In this document: positions 47,259-55,110 of the stretch, one piece after another | How the letters are laid out: the number at the start of each line of letters is the position of its first letter | Position numbering within the stretch: position 1 is the stretch's first letter | Assembly (NCBI GenBank): GCA_022601275.1 | Contig: JAHZIT010000042.1 | Location: forward strand, 11,500-75,499 | Reading direction: 5' to 3' | DNA from: Actinomycetes bacterium | GTDB lineage: Bacteria > Actinomycetota > Actinomycetes > Mycobacteriales > Mycobacteriaceae | DNA length: 64,000 nt | Made by a program: the position numbers and the translations under genes | The notes under the pieces: generated by a model | Database searches by the model: none | Told to the model about the DNA's origin: nothing | What the model saw: only the letters and a program-made list of their open reading frames with translations

Positions 47259-48764
47259 TCAGGTTGGCGAGTGCGAGCCAGTCTTGGCAACGAACTGTTC
47301 GCGGGTGTATCGCAGGTCGTACTCATGCAGCCCCGACTTGGCATGCAGTTCCCGGTACTCCTTGAAGCGCCCGGGAAAGAGGAACGGAGCGCGCCCGTTC
47401 TCGTCCTGGTAGTAGCTCTGGCACGACGGGGATGCCCACGAGTAGCGGGAGAACTGCTGCGCCAAGAATTCGTTATAGGCGCGGCTGATGTGCGGCTTGA
47501 CCGAGAGCGACTTCACTCCGGCCGCCTGCTTCTGGCGCAATAGGGCGACGATCGTCTCGATGTTTCGCTCCGCGGTCAGGAAGTAGCTCGCGTCAAGAGG
47601 CAGTCCGTTGGGTCCAACGGCAAAGAAATAGTTCGGGAAGTGTGGCGCGGCAATCCCTTTGAACGCCTCGGGCGACTGCTCCATTGTGTCGGCCAGACTC
47701 TGCCCTGCTTCGCCGAAGACGGTGATCCGATCAAAGTCAAGGATCCGGTAACCGGTACAGAAGATGATGACGTCGGCCTGGATTTCGCGGCCCTTTTCGG
47801 TGGTGATTCCGGTCGGTCGTACGGCACTGAGGCCTTCTGGAATCAGCTCGACATTTCCGCGCAGCAGGGCGGGGTAGAAGTCATCGGAGACCAAACCGCG
47901 CTTGCAGCCGTAAGGGTCAGCGGGTGTGAGGGCCGCACGAAGCTCTGGATCGGGGATCGTGTCGTTGATGAACTTCCTGGCCACTTTCTCGAACTGCTTC
48001 GCCCGGTTGTGGCCGAGAGTTGCGGCGTCGTGAACAAGGCTCATCAAGAATCGCTGCACACGCCGAATCAGTTTCATGATGAACGGAAACCGGCGCCACC
48101 GGCGGCGCTGCGCGTCGGTGTAGAACTTGCGGCGCCGCGGCATGATCCAGTTCGGTGATCGCTGCAAGACCGTGAGTTCCCCTGCGACTCGCGCCACCTC
48201 GGGCACGATCTGCACGGCACTCGCGGCAGAGCCGACAATGACGACGCGCCTGCCCTTGAGTTCGACGTTGTGATCCCAGCGGGTGCCGTGAAAACTCTCA
48301 CCCTCGAAGTCGTCGATACCGGGAACGCTGGGGTAGCGGGGCGTGTGTTGGTTTCCCATCGCGTTGATCACGACATCGAACTCGAGTGACTCGCCGGCCT
48401 CGCTCTTGAGTTGCCAGACGCCGGTGTCTTCATAGTGCGCGGCGGTAATCCGGGTGTTCAATCGGATATGCGTGTCCAGGCCGAACTCCGTGGCGCAGTT
48501 CTGCAGGTAGGTCTCGATCTCGGGCTGTTCGACGAAGTTTGCGGTCCAGTCGGGGTTCGGTCGATACGAGAAGGTGTAGGCGTGGGCCCAGACATCGCAG
48601 GCCAGGCCCGGGTAGGTGTGCAAGTGCCAGGTGCCCCCGACCGCGTCGGACTTCTCGAAAATCGTGAAGTTGGTGAAGCCGTGTGCAAGAAGTTCGTGGC
48701 CGGCCGCCAGGCCCGCGGGGCCTGCGCCGATCACCGCGATCCGGAGAAGGGAATTGACGGCCAT
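47259..48764 (-). CDS. type I Baeyer-Villiger / flavin-containing monooxygenase (EthA-like)
   Basis: FAD motif IGAGPAGLAAG, an exact BVMO fingerprint FxGxxxHxxxWD (FEGESFHGTRWD) and NADPH motif IVGSAASAVQ. Confidence 0.88.
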   Translation of the reverse strand: MAVNSLLRIAVIGAGPAGLAAGHELLAHGFTNFTIFEKSDAVGGTWHLHTYPGLACDVWAHAYTFSYRPNPDWTANFVEQPEIETYLQNCATEFGLDTHIRLNTRITAAHYEDTGVWQLKSEAGESLEFDVVINAMGNQHTPRYPSVPGIDDFEGESFHGTRWDHNVELKGRRVVIVGSAASAVQIVPEVARVAGELTVLQRSPNWIMPRRRKFYTDAQRRRWRRFPFIMKLIRRVQRFLMSLVHDAATLGHNRAKQFEKVARKFINDTIPDPELRAALTPADPYGCKRGLVSDDFYPALLRGNVELIPEGLSAVRPTGITTEKGREIQADVIIFCTGYRILDFDRITVFGEAGQSLADTMEQSPEAFKGIAAPHFPNYFFAVGPNGLPLDASYFLTAERNIETIVALLRQKQAAGVKSLSVKPHISRAYNEFLAQQFSRYSWASPSCQSYYQDENGRAPFLFPGRFKEYRELHAKSGLHEYDLRYTREQFVAKTGSHSPT

Positions 48765-48827
48765 GTCGATTTCATACCTCTCGTTGATGTAGCGGAATCG
48801 TCGTCGAGGATCGATTACCGAGTTTGT

Positions 48828-49637
48828 TCAACTCCCGGGCACTCGCATCTTCTCGGCGAATGCTTTGTGGAAACCAATCGGCACAAGACGTTTGAGCCAA
48901 TCCACGGCGAAGGACTCCGCACCTGAGCGCACCCGAAGCCGGTTGCCGCGGATTCCACGGACAATGGCGGAGGCCACGTCTTCGGGCGGGTGCCCGTATT
49001 TCTTCATCGCCTTCTGCAATTGAGCGCGCTCCGATTCATGGCTGACCCGCACCGACCGTGCGATGCCGGTTGCCACGCCGCCGGGATGGACACTCGTCAC
49101 CCCGACCTGGGTGTGGCGGAGTTCTGCCCAGAGCGATTCGGTGAACCCGCGAACGGCGAACTTGCTTGCGCAGTAACTACTCTGCCCGGGCACTCCGATG
49201 AAGCCGTACATGCTCGACACATTGACGATATGAGCCTGACTCGCCTCCCGGAGCGCGGGCAGAAAGAACTTGCAACCGTGGACGACCCCCCAGAAATTGA
49301 TCCCGATGAGCCACTGAAAGTCTTCAAGACTGTGGTCTTCGAAGGTCTTCAACACTGAAACACCGGCATTGTTGACCAGAATGTTCACCCGTCCGTGTTC
49401 CTCGAGGATCTCACCGGGCAATGCTTGCATTCGCGGGGCGTCGGAAACATCGGCCAGATGAAGGCTGGCGCGGACGCCGGCAGCCTCGACCAGGTGCGCC
49501 GTCTCTTCCAGGCGCGGCCCGTCGATGTCCACGAGGGCGAGTGCGCAGCCCTCGCCGGCCAACCGTGCCGCCGTTGCGCGACCAATTCCACTAGACGCGC
49601 CCGTCACGACAGCGACCCGGCCGCGCAGATCCTTCAT
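48828..49637 (-). CDS. classical SDR oxidoreductase
   Basis: ATG 49637 (MKDLRGRVAVVTGASSGIGRATA), NNAGV and active site SS...YCASK. Confidence 0.88.
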   Translation of the reverse strand: MKDLRGRVAVVTGASSGIGRATAARLAGEGCALALVDIDGPRLEETAHLVEAAGVRASLHLADVSDAPRMQALPGEILEEHGRVNILVNNAGVSVLKTFEDHSLEDFQWLIGINFWGVVHGCKFFLPALREASQAHIVNVSSMYGFIGVPGQSSYCASKFAVRGFTESLWAELRHTQVGVTSVHPGGVATGIARSVRVSHESERAQLQKAMKKYGHPPEDVASAIVRGIRGNRLRVRSGAESFAVDWLKRLVPIGFHKAFAEKMRVPGS

Positions 49638-49671
49638 TGCATGGCCTCGACTCGAGGCTGGGCTTGCCCTG

Positions 49672-50445
49672 TCACGCTGTCCCCGGCAGGGACTCTCCGG
49701 CGAGCAACCCGCCGTCAGCCACGAATTCGGAACCGGTGATGAAGCTCGCCTCATCCGAGGCCAGAAACAGCACAAGGTTGGCGATGTCCTCGGGCTCCCC
49801 GGTCCGGCCGAGCGGCACCCGGCGCTTGCTATAACCGTCGAGAAGCTCTCGTAACTCCGGATGGCCATCCGGATTTCCGAGGCGGGTGTGGACGAAGCCG
49901 GGGTGCACCGAGTTCACCCGGATTCCGATCGGCGCAAGCTCGAGGGCGGCAACCCGGGTCATGCCGCGCACCGCGAACTTGCTTGCAACGTAGGAGAAAA
50001 CCAGGTTCATCCCGATCATTCCGTCAATCGAGGAGATGTTCACGATCGAGCCCGCCCCCGATTCCTCCATGGCCGGAGTGGCCGCCTTCATGCCCAGGAA
50101 CACTCCAGTCTGATTGACGTCGATCACCTTTTGGTAGTCGTCAAGCGAGAGATCGCGCATTGGCGACGGGATGACGATGCCCGCGTTATTGACCAAGACA
50201 TCGAGCCGGCCAAAGGCCGAGAGTGTCTCGGCGACCGCGGTTTCCCACCGCTCGGGCCGAGTGACATCCAGGTTGACGAATCGGGCCGCATCTCCGATTT
50301 GACGTGTGAGAGCCTTCCCGTCTGATTCCTCCACATCTCCGATCACCACCCGCGCGCCCTCCCGGGCGAAGAGTCGCGCTTCGGCGTTGCCCATACCGCG
50401 AGCTCCGCCGCTGATGAGAGCCACCTTGCCGTCGAGTCGTCCCAT
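49672..50445 (-). CDS. classical SDR oxidoreductase (3-oxoacyl/hydroxysteroid dehydrogenase-like)
   Basis: GKVALISGGARGMGNAEA, NNAGI and SS...YVASK. Confidence 0.88.
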   Translation of the reverse strand: MGRLDGKVALISGGARGMGNAEARLFAREGARVVIGDVEESDGKALTRQIGDAARFVNLDVTRPERWETAVAETLSAFGRLDVLVNNAGIVIPSPMRDLSLDDYQKVIDVNQTGVFLGMKAATPAMEESGAGSIVNISSIDGMIGMNLVFSYVASKFAVRGMTRVAALELAPIGIRVNSVHPGFVHTRLGNPDGHPELRELLDGYSKRRVPLGRTGEPEDIANLVLFLASDEASFITGSEFVADGGLLAGESLPGTA

Positions 50446-50493
50446 GTGTGCGTTTTCCTTCTGCGATTCGGCTATTGGGTTGTCCGATGGGCG

Positions 50494-51324
50494 CTAGTCC
50501 ACGGAGATCATCGGGGGCAGCTTTCGCGCGAGCAACGATTCGTAGCGGTTGCGGAGTTGCTCGGCATAGCTGGGCCGGGTGGCAATCAGAAACTCGCCGG
50601 AGCGAATGCCCTCGATCACGGGAGCCACTACAGCGTCGGGAGCCAATCCTTCTGACAGAATCGCAGCGAGCGCCGCAGCCGTGCCCTTGCCGTCTTCGGT
50701 GTCGTCGACTCCGAAGCGTTCGGGTCTCACGCCGGCCGCATCCGCGATCCCCGTATCGAAGGCACTCGGGGTGAGCACCGATGCGCCGATCTTCGAGCCC
50801 ACAGCAGCGAGATCATGCGCCAGACACTCGGTCAGGGACAGGGCGGCGAATTTAGAAACGACGTAGGGCCCCGACACGGGGGCTGAGACGAATGCGGCCA
50901 CGGATGCGGTATTGAGCACATGCCCTTCGGTCCCTTGCGCGATCATGCGCGGCACGAAACTGCGAATGCCATGGATTATCCCGTAGACGTTCACGCCGAA
51001 GGTCCACGCCCAGTCTTCGTTGCTCCGTTCCCAGCAGAGCCCGCCCTGAAAGACCCCTGCATTGTTGAGCAACAAGTCGACGTGGCCGAAATCGGCGAAA
51101 CAGACATCAGCGAGCGCCGCAACTGATTCAGAGTCGGAAACGTCCACCCGCCGGGCGACTGCGCCGGCGCCGATTCGAGCAACGGTCTCCACTGCGGCGG
51201 CCTCGTCGATGTCCGCGGCCACGACCTGCATTCCTTCGGCCGCGAGACCGATTGCGAGAGCCCGACCGATTCCATGTGCCGCGCCGGTTACCACGGCCAC
51301 TTTGCCTTCGAGATGCCGAATCAC
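50494..51324 (-). CDS. classical SDR oxidoreductase
   Basis: GKVAVVTGAAHGIGRALA, NNAGV and ...YVVSK. Its GTG start overlaps the TetR stop (GTGA, 51321-51324). Confidence 0.88.
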   Translation of the reverse strand: MIRHLEGKVAVVTGAAHGIGRALAIGLAAEGMQVVAADIDEAAAVETVARIGAGAVARRVDVSDSESVAALADVCFADFGHVDLLLNNAGVFQGGLCWERSNEDWAWTFGVNVYGIIHGIRSFVPRMIAQGTEGHVLNTASVAAFVSAPVSGPYVVSKFAALSLTECLAHDLAAVGSKIGASVLTPSAFDTGIADAAGVRPERFGVDDTEDGKGTAAALAAILSEGLAPDAVVAPVIEGIRSGEFLIATRPSYAEQLRNRYESLLARKLPPMISVD

Positions 51325-51989
51325 TTCGACCCCCGAACCGTTTTGTTGGAGGGGGTAGCGTTCGGCGAAGGGGCGTCCGGCGCGAGGGTTGCGGCGAGGA
51401 CGTCGGCCAGTGCGCGCGCGCGACTACGGACCGGAAAATCCGGAATATGCACCCAGCTGAGCGCCATCGTCGCGTAGGCGCTCGCGAGCAAATCGGCCAG
51501 TGTTTCGGCCGGAATGTCCGCGCGCACCCGGTCGGCTGCCACCGATTCGCGGATGAAGGCGACGAAGGCGGCATGAAACCCGTTGTCGCGATCTTCGTGG
51601 ACTTCGGTAAACGCGAGCGATTGGACCCGCGCGGCAAGTGCACGCTCGCCCGGCGACACCGATTGCAGGCGCTCCGCGAATCCCTCGAAGAGATCCCTCA
51701 AAGCGTCGCCGATTCGGACCGGGCGACGCGACAAGGCAGCCAGTTGCCCGGAAATGTCTGACAACGCGCGCGCGCCCAGGGCGAGCAACAGATCCGACTT
51801 GGCCGGGAAATGGTTGAAAAAAGTGCCGTATGCCACGTCGGCGGCTTCGCAGATTTCCGCCACGGACGTCTCGTCAAATCCCTTGGCGACGAACAGAGCC
51901 TCGGCTGCATCCAGAACGCGACCGGAGACCTCAAGGCGCCGCCGCTCCCGACGCGTCGATCCGGCTGGCTGCGTTTCCAAAGAAGCCAT
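51321..51989 (-). CDS. TetR-family transcriptional regulator
   Basis: ATG 51989 is preceded by GAGGAC. The HTH is FDETSVAEICEAADVAYGTFFNHFPAKSDL. It is the first gene of the same-strand SDR/BVMO block. Confidence 0.9.
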   Translation of the reverse strand: MASLETQPAGSTRRERRRLEVSGRVLDAAEALFVAKGFDETSVAEICEAADVAYGTFFNHFPAKSDLLLALGARALSDISGQLAALSRRPVRIGDALRDLFEGFAERLQSVSPGERALAARVQSLAFTEVHEDRDNGFHAAFVAFIRESVAADRVRADIPAETLADLLASAYATMALSWVHIPDFPVRSRARALADVLAATLAPDAPSPNATPSNKTVRGSK

Positions 51990-52003
51990 TTCCGTCCTCA
52001 ATA

Positions 52004-52040
52004 AATCAGTGGACCAGTGAAGAATCAGTGGACCAGTGAA
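52004..52040. repeat. 19-bp-period direct repeat: aatcagtggaccagtgaa (52004-52021), g, aatcagtggaccagtgaa (52023-52040)
   Basis: Read directly; it starts 15 nt upstream of the TetR start codon. Confidence 0.9.
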
Positions 52041-52061
52041 TTTCAGCGATTAGCCGACCAA

Positions 52062-52085
52062 AAAAATATACCTTAGTATATTTTT
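52062..52085. promoter_or_regulatory. perfect AT-only-armed 10-4-10 inverted repeat AAAAATATAC-CTTA-GTATATTTTT, candidate TetR operator / shared promoter core
   Basis: Read directly. By my count only 6 of the 40 nt at 52061-52100 are G/C, in an otherwise very GC-rich window. It lies between the divergent TetR (51989) and SnoaL-like (52143) starts. Confidence 0.55.
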
Positions 52086-52142
52086 ATATGTCAATCATAT
52101 TTACTCGCGACCCCGGGTTCGCGGAGAAGGAGGAGGACCGCG

Positions 52143-52505
52143 ATGCCTAAGCCGGCCGCCCAGGTGCTTCTTGAGCGCTATTGGGACGAGGTCAACAACC
52201 AAGGGAAGCTCGAGTTGATTCGTGAGCTGTGCAGCGACCCGATCACCCGCCATGACCCGGGAAGTGTCACGTTGTTGAGCCACGACGAGCAGATCGAGCG
52301 GGTCCGAATGGGCATCGAGCAGCTGGGCGTCCAGATCTCCCGGGTCATCACTCACGCGGATGACACCACCGTCACCTCCGTGTGGAACATGACGATGACG
52401 AAACATGGCGACGCAAAAATGTGCGGAATCGAGGTCTTCACGGTGGAAAACGGCAGGCTCACGCACTGCTGGAACACTCCTTACGCTGAAGGTCACTGGG
52501 GCTGA
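52143..52505 (+). CDS. SnoaL-like (NTF2-fold) polyketide-cyclase/ester-cyclase family protein
   Basis: 120 aa. LLERYWDEVNNQGKLELIRELCSDPITRHDPG... and ...GIEVFTVENGRLTHCWN are typical SnoaL-fold starts and ends. A very strong SD (GGAGAAGGAGGAGG) lies upstream. Confidence 0.7.
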   Translation: MPKPAAQVLLERYWDEVNNQGKLELIRELCSDPITRHDPGSVTLLSHDEQIERVRMGIEQLGVQISRVITHADDTTVTSVWNMTMTKHGDAKMCGIEVFTVENGRLTHCWNTPYAEGHWG

Positions 52506-52569
52506 CGGCGGTAACGCAAGAGAAGTGTCCGGGAGTTGAGAGGACTCGGAGCTCGTGTCGGCCGGTAGC

Positions 52570-52597
52570 GCCGTGGAGTTCACGCCGTGGCGTTCAC
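52570..52597. repeat. 14-bp tandem duplication (gccgtggagttcac / gccgtggcgttcac)
   Basis: Read directly; it lies in the 172-bp gap upstream of the PEP-utilising enzyme gene. Confidence 0.8.
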
Positions 52598-52677
52598 CTT
52601 GAACGGGATTCCCTGCGCCGGCTGCCTTTACCCGGCGGCCCAACGACGATGCCCACGGCAGAAGGACGAGCAATAGG

Positions 52678-55074
52678 TTGATGAAGCCGACCATTCTGAA
52701 ACTCGACGCGCTCGGCGATGCGCCCGTGGGCGGCAAGGCCGAAGGCCTGGCCAGACTCGTAGGCCTCGGGCTGCGGGTTCCCAAGGCTTTTGTGGTGGTC
52801 GGCGCGACTCCCGGGCAGTTGCCCGAAGACCTTGAGGCCCGCTACGCAGAACTCGGCGGCGAGGCGGTTGCGGTGCGATCTTCTGCGTTGGGCGAAGACT
52901 CGGCAGACGCCAGCTTCGCCGGTCAATACGAGACGATCCTGAACGTCACCGGAATCGAGGCCCTGCGCGCGGCCATCAATGTATGCCTGGCATCGTTGGA
53001 CAACAATCGGGCGGCGCTGTACCGGCAGCAGAGTGCGGGCGACGAAGTCAAACACGCCATGTCCGTAGTGGTTCAGAACATGGCCCCTGCGGTGTGCGCC
53101 GGGGTGCTGTTCACCGCCGACCCGGTCACCGGACGTCGCGACCGCATCGTTATCGACGCGGTGGAGGGCATAGGTGAGGCGCTCGTCGGCGGGCACGCCT
53201 CGCCGGACCACTATCTGCTTGATCGAAGTGGGATCACCCGCGAGGCTGAAATCGAGGGCGAAACAACGATTCTCAGCGAAGCAGTGCGGCGCAATCTGTT
53301 GGCCGGGGCGCTGTCGGCCGAAGCGGCCCAAGGCTGCCCACTTGACCTCGAGTGGGCGGTCGACGCGCAGGACGAAATCCACTGGCTGCAGGCTCGGCCC
53401 ATCACCCACCTGCCGCCCGACCCCAATGAACTCGACACACCGATCGTCGACCCGACCCACGTCTATACCCGCTGCAACGTCGGCGAGATGTTCCCCGGCG
53501 CTTGCACCCCGCTGTCCTACTCCTTCACCGCGCGCAGCATCGACGTCGGCATGCAGATGATGCATGTAAAGGTGGGCATTCAAGATGCGGTGCTGCCGAG
53601 CATGCGCTTCCTCATCATGAATTCGGGGCATCTCTTTCTCAATCTGAGCACCATGAGCGACACGGCGACCCATGCGCTGGGCTCCAGCGCCGAGCAGTTG
53701 GCGCTCTCGGTCTGCGGGCGCCCCATCAACGAGTTCACCATCCGCGGCAGCGACCCGCCGTCGCGCCCGCGCCGCATCGTCAACGGGATGCGCTACCTCG
53801 GCTACCTCTTCGGTCAGCCCAGGGCGCGTCGCGACATGCGTCGCCTGGTATCGGAGTTGCGGTTCCCCGCGTCCGAGACTGCCGCGGCGGCCTGGCTGGA
53901 GATCGATCGCCGCTTTCAGGTCATCTACGACGCCATGCACTACCACCTGATTTCATCGGCCGGCTCGGGTGTCCTGACGCCAACCCTGCTCGGCGTGATC
54001 GCCGGTAGCCGCGAAGTATCCGAGCAGGACCACGCCACCGCAGCGGCGCTGCTTGCCGACGCCGATGATGTGGAAAGCGCCGACATCATCGCCGGCGCCG
54101 AGCGCATTCAGGAATGTATCGCCGCCCATCCCGATGCCGACGCGTCTTTCATCCACGCGGACCCGGAAGCGGCGCTGAGCTGGATTCAGTCTCGCTCCGC
54201 CGGCGAAGCGCACCAAGAATTCGAGCGTTTTCTGCTGCGGCACGGGCACCGTGCGATCAAGGAACTGGAGTTGCGACAGCCCGAATGGCGAGAAGACCCC
54301 ACGCCGCTGATCAGATCGCTGCAAGTTCCGCTGCGCCAGAGCGGATCGGAGAGCGCTGCGCCCAACCGTCCCGACCGTACTCCGTCCCCGAAGGTCGGTC
54401 GGGCTGTCGCGCTGCTGGCCCGGATGGCGCGCCAGGCCGTCCGCTCCCGCGAAGAGACCAAGTCCGGACTCGTCACCGTTGTGACGCGCTTCAAGGCGGC
54501 GTACCGCAACTTGGCGGAAATCCTTGTGAGAGAAGGACGTCTCCCGGATCGTGACGCGGTCTTCTTCCTCACCCACGAGGAGCTGGGACGGCTCGCCAGG
54601 AACGCAGAAACGGGACTCGCGGCAACAGCCCTGGCACGCCGCGAAGCATTTGCGCAACAACTGACCTACGAATTTCCCGACGTCTTCGAGGGCGAACCAC
54701 CCAGAATCGGCCTCGACCTTGACCGCGATGCCGCCGACTCCGATGGCCTGGTCCGCGGAGCCTCGGTAAGCCGTGGGCGAGTCGTCGGGGTGGCGCGCAT
54801 CGTGCGCAGCCTCGAAGATGCAGAGCAACTCCAGCGTGGTGAGATTCTCATCGCACCGATTACCGACGTCGGCTGGACTCCATACTTCAGCCTCATTTCG
54901 GGCCTGGTCACCGACATCGGGAGTGCGGTCTCCCACGGCGCGGTGGTCGCACGCGAATACGGGCTTCCCGCAATCGTGAACACTCGCGTCGGAACCCGGG
55001 TGTTCCAGACGGGCGACCGCGTCTTGCTCGACGGCGAGTTGGGAATCGTCCGCCTGGCAAACCACGACGACTGA
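52678..55074 (+). CDS. PEP-utilising-enzyme family protein with rifampin-phosphotransferase-like architecture (N-terminal ATP-grasp, central helical region, C-terminal swivel His domain; no room for a PEP/pyruvate TIM barrel)
   Basis: N-terminus LKLDALGDAPVGGKAEGLARLVGLGLRVPKAFVV (PPDK_N-type ATP-grasp start). The phospho-His motif TDIGSAVSHGAVVAREYGLPAIV has its His only 45 residues from the C-terminus. TTG 52678 or ATG 52681 start. Confidence 0.75.
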   Translation: MMKPTILKLDALGDAPVGGKAEGLARLVGLGLRVPKAFVVVGATPGQLPEDLEARYAELGGEAVAVRSSALGEDSADASFAGQYETILNVTGIEALRAAINVCLASLDNNRAALYRQQSAGDEVKHAMSVVVQNMAPAVCAGVLFTADPVTGRRDRIVIDAVEGIGEALVGGHASPDHYLLDRSGITREAEIEGETTILSEAVRRNLLAGALSAEAAQGCPLDLEWAVDAQDEIHWLQARPITHLPPDPNELDTPIVDPTHVYTRCNVGEMFPGACTPLSYSFTARSIDVGMQMMHVKVGIQDAVLPSMRFLIMNSGHLFLNLSTMSDTATHALGSSAEQLALSVCGRPINEFTIRGSDPPSRPRRIVNGMRYLGYLFGQPRARRDMRRLVSELRFPASETAAAAWLEIDRRFQVIYDAMHYHLISSAGSGVLTPTLLGVIAGSREVSEQDHATAAALLADADDVESADIIAGAERIQECIAAHPDADASFIHADPEAALSWIQSRSAGEAHQEFERFLLRHGHRAIKELELRQPEWREDPTPLIRSLQVPLRQSGSESAAPNRPDRTPSPKVGRAVALLARMARQAVRSREETKSGLVTVVTRFKAAYRNLAEILVREGRLPDRDAVFFLTHEELGRLARNAETGLAATALARREAFAQQLTYEFPDVFEGEPPRIGLDLDRDAADSDGLVRGASVSRGRVVGVARIVRSLEDAEQLQRGEILIAPITDVGWTPYFSLISGLVTDIGSAVSHGAVVAREYGLPAIVNTRVGTRVFQTGDRVLLDGELGIVRLANHDD

Positions 55075-55110
55075 TCGGGGCCGCTTCGGGCAGCCTGGGC
55101 CAGCGGCTCT

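Noticed and set aside
52594-53946. Long antisense ORFs such as this one. Others are 10762-11823, 16659-17798, 21148-22425, 23064-23984, 33517-34977, 34594-36057, 40064-41179 and 53953-55065.
   Set aside because: These are typical high-GC shadow ORFs opposite or out of frame to well-supported genes. They have Arg/Gly/Pro/His-rich compositions and no recognisable motifs.
55075-55110. Bidirectional intrinsic terminator between the convergent phosphotransferase and methyltransferase genes
   Set aside because: Only a 6-bp stem (GCCGCT/AGCGGC) with an 18-nt loop and no U-tract. That is not convincing.
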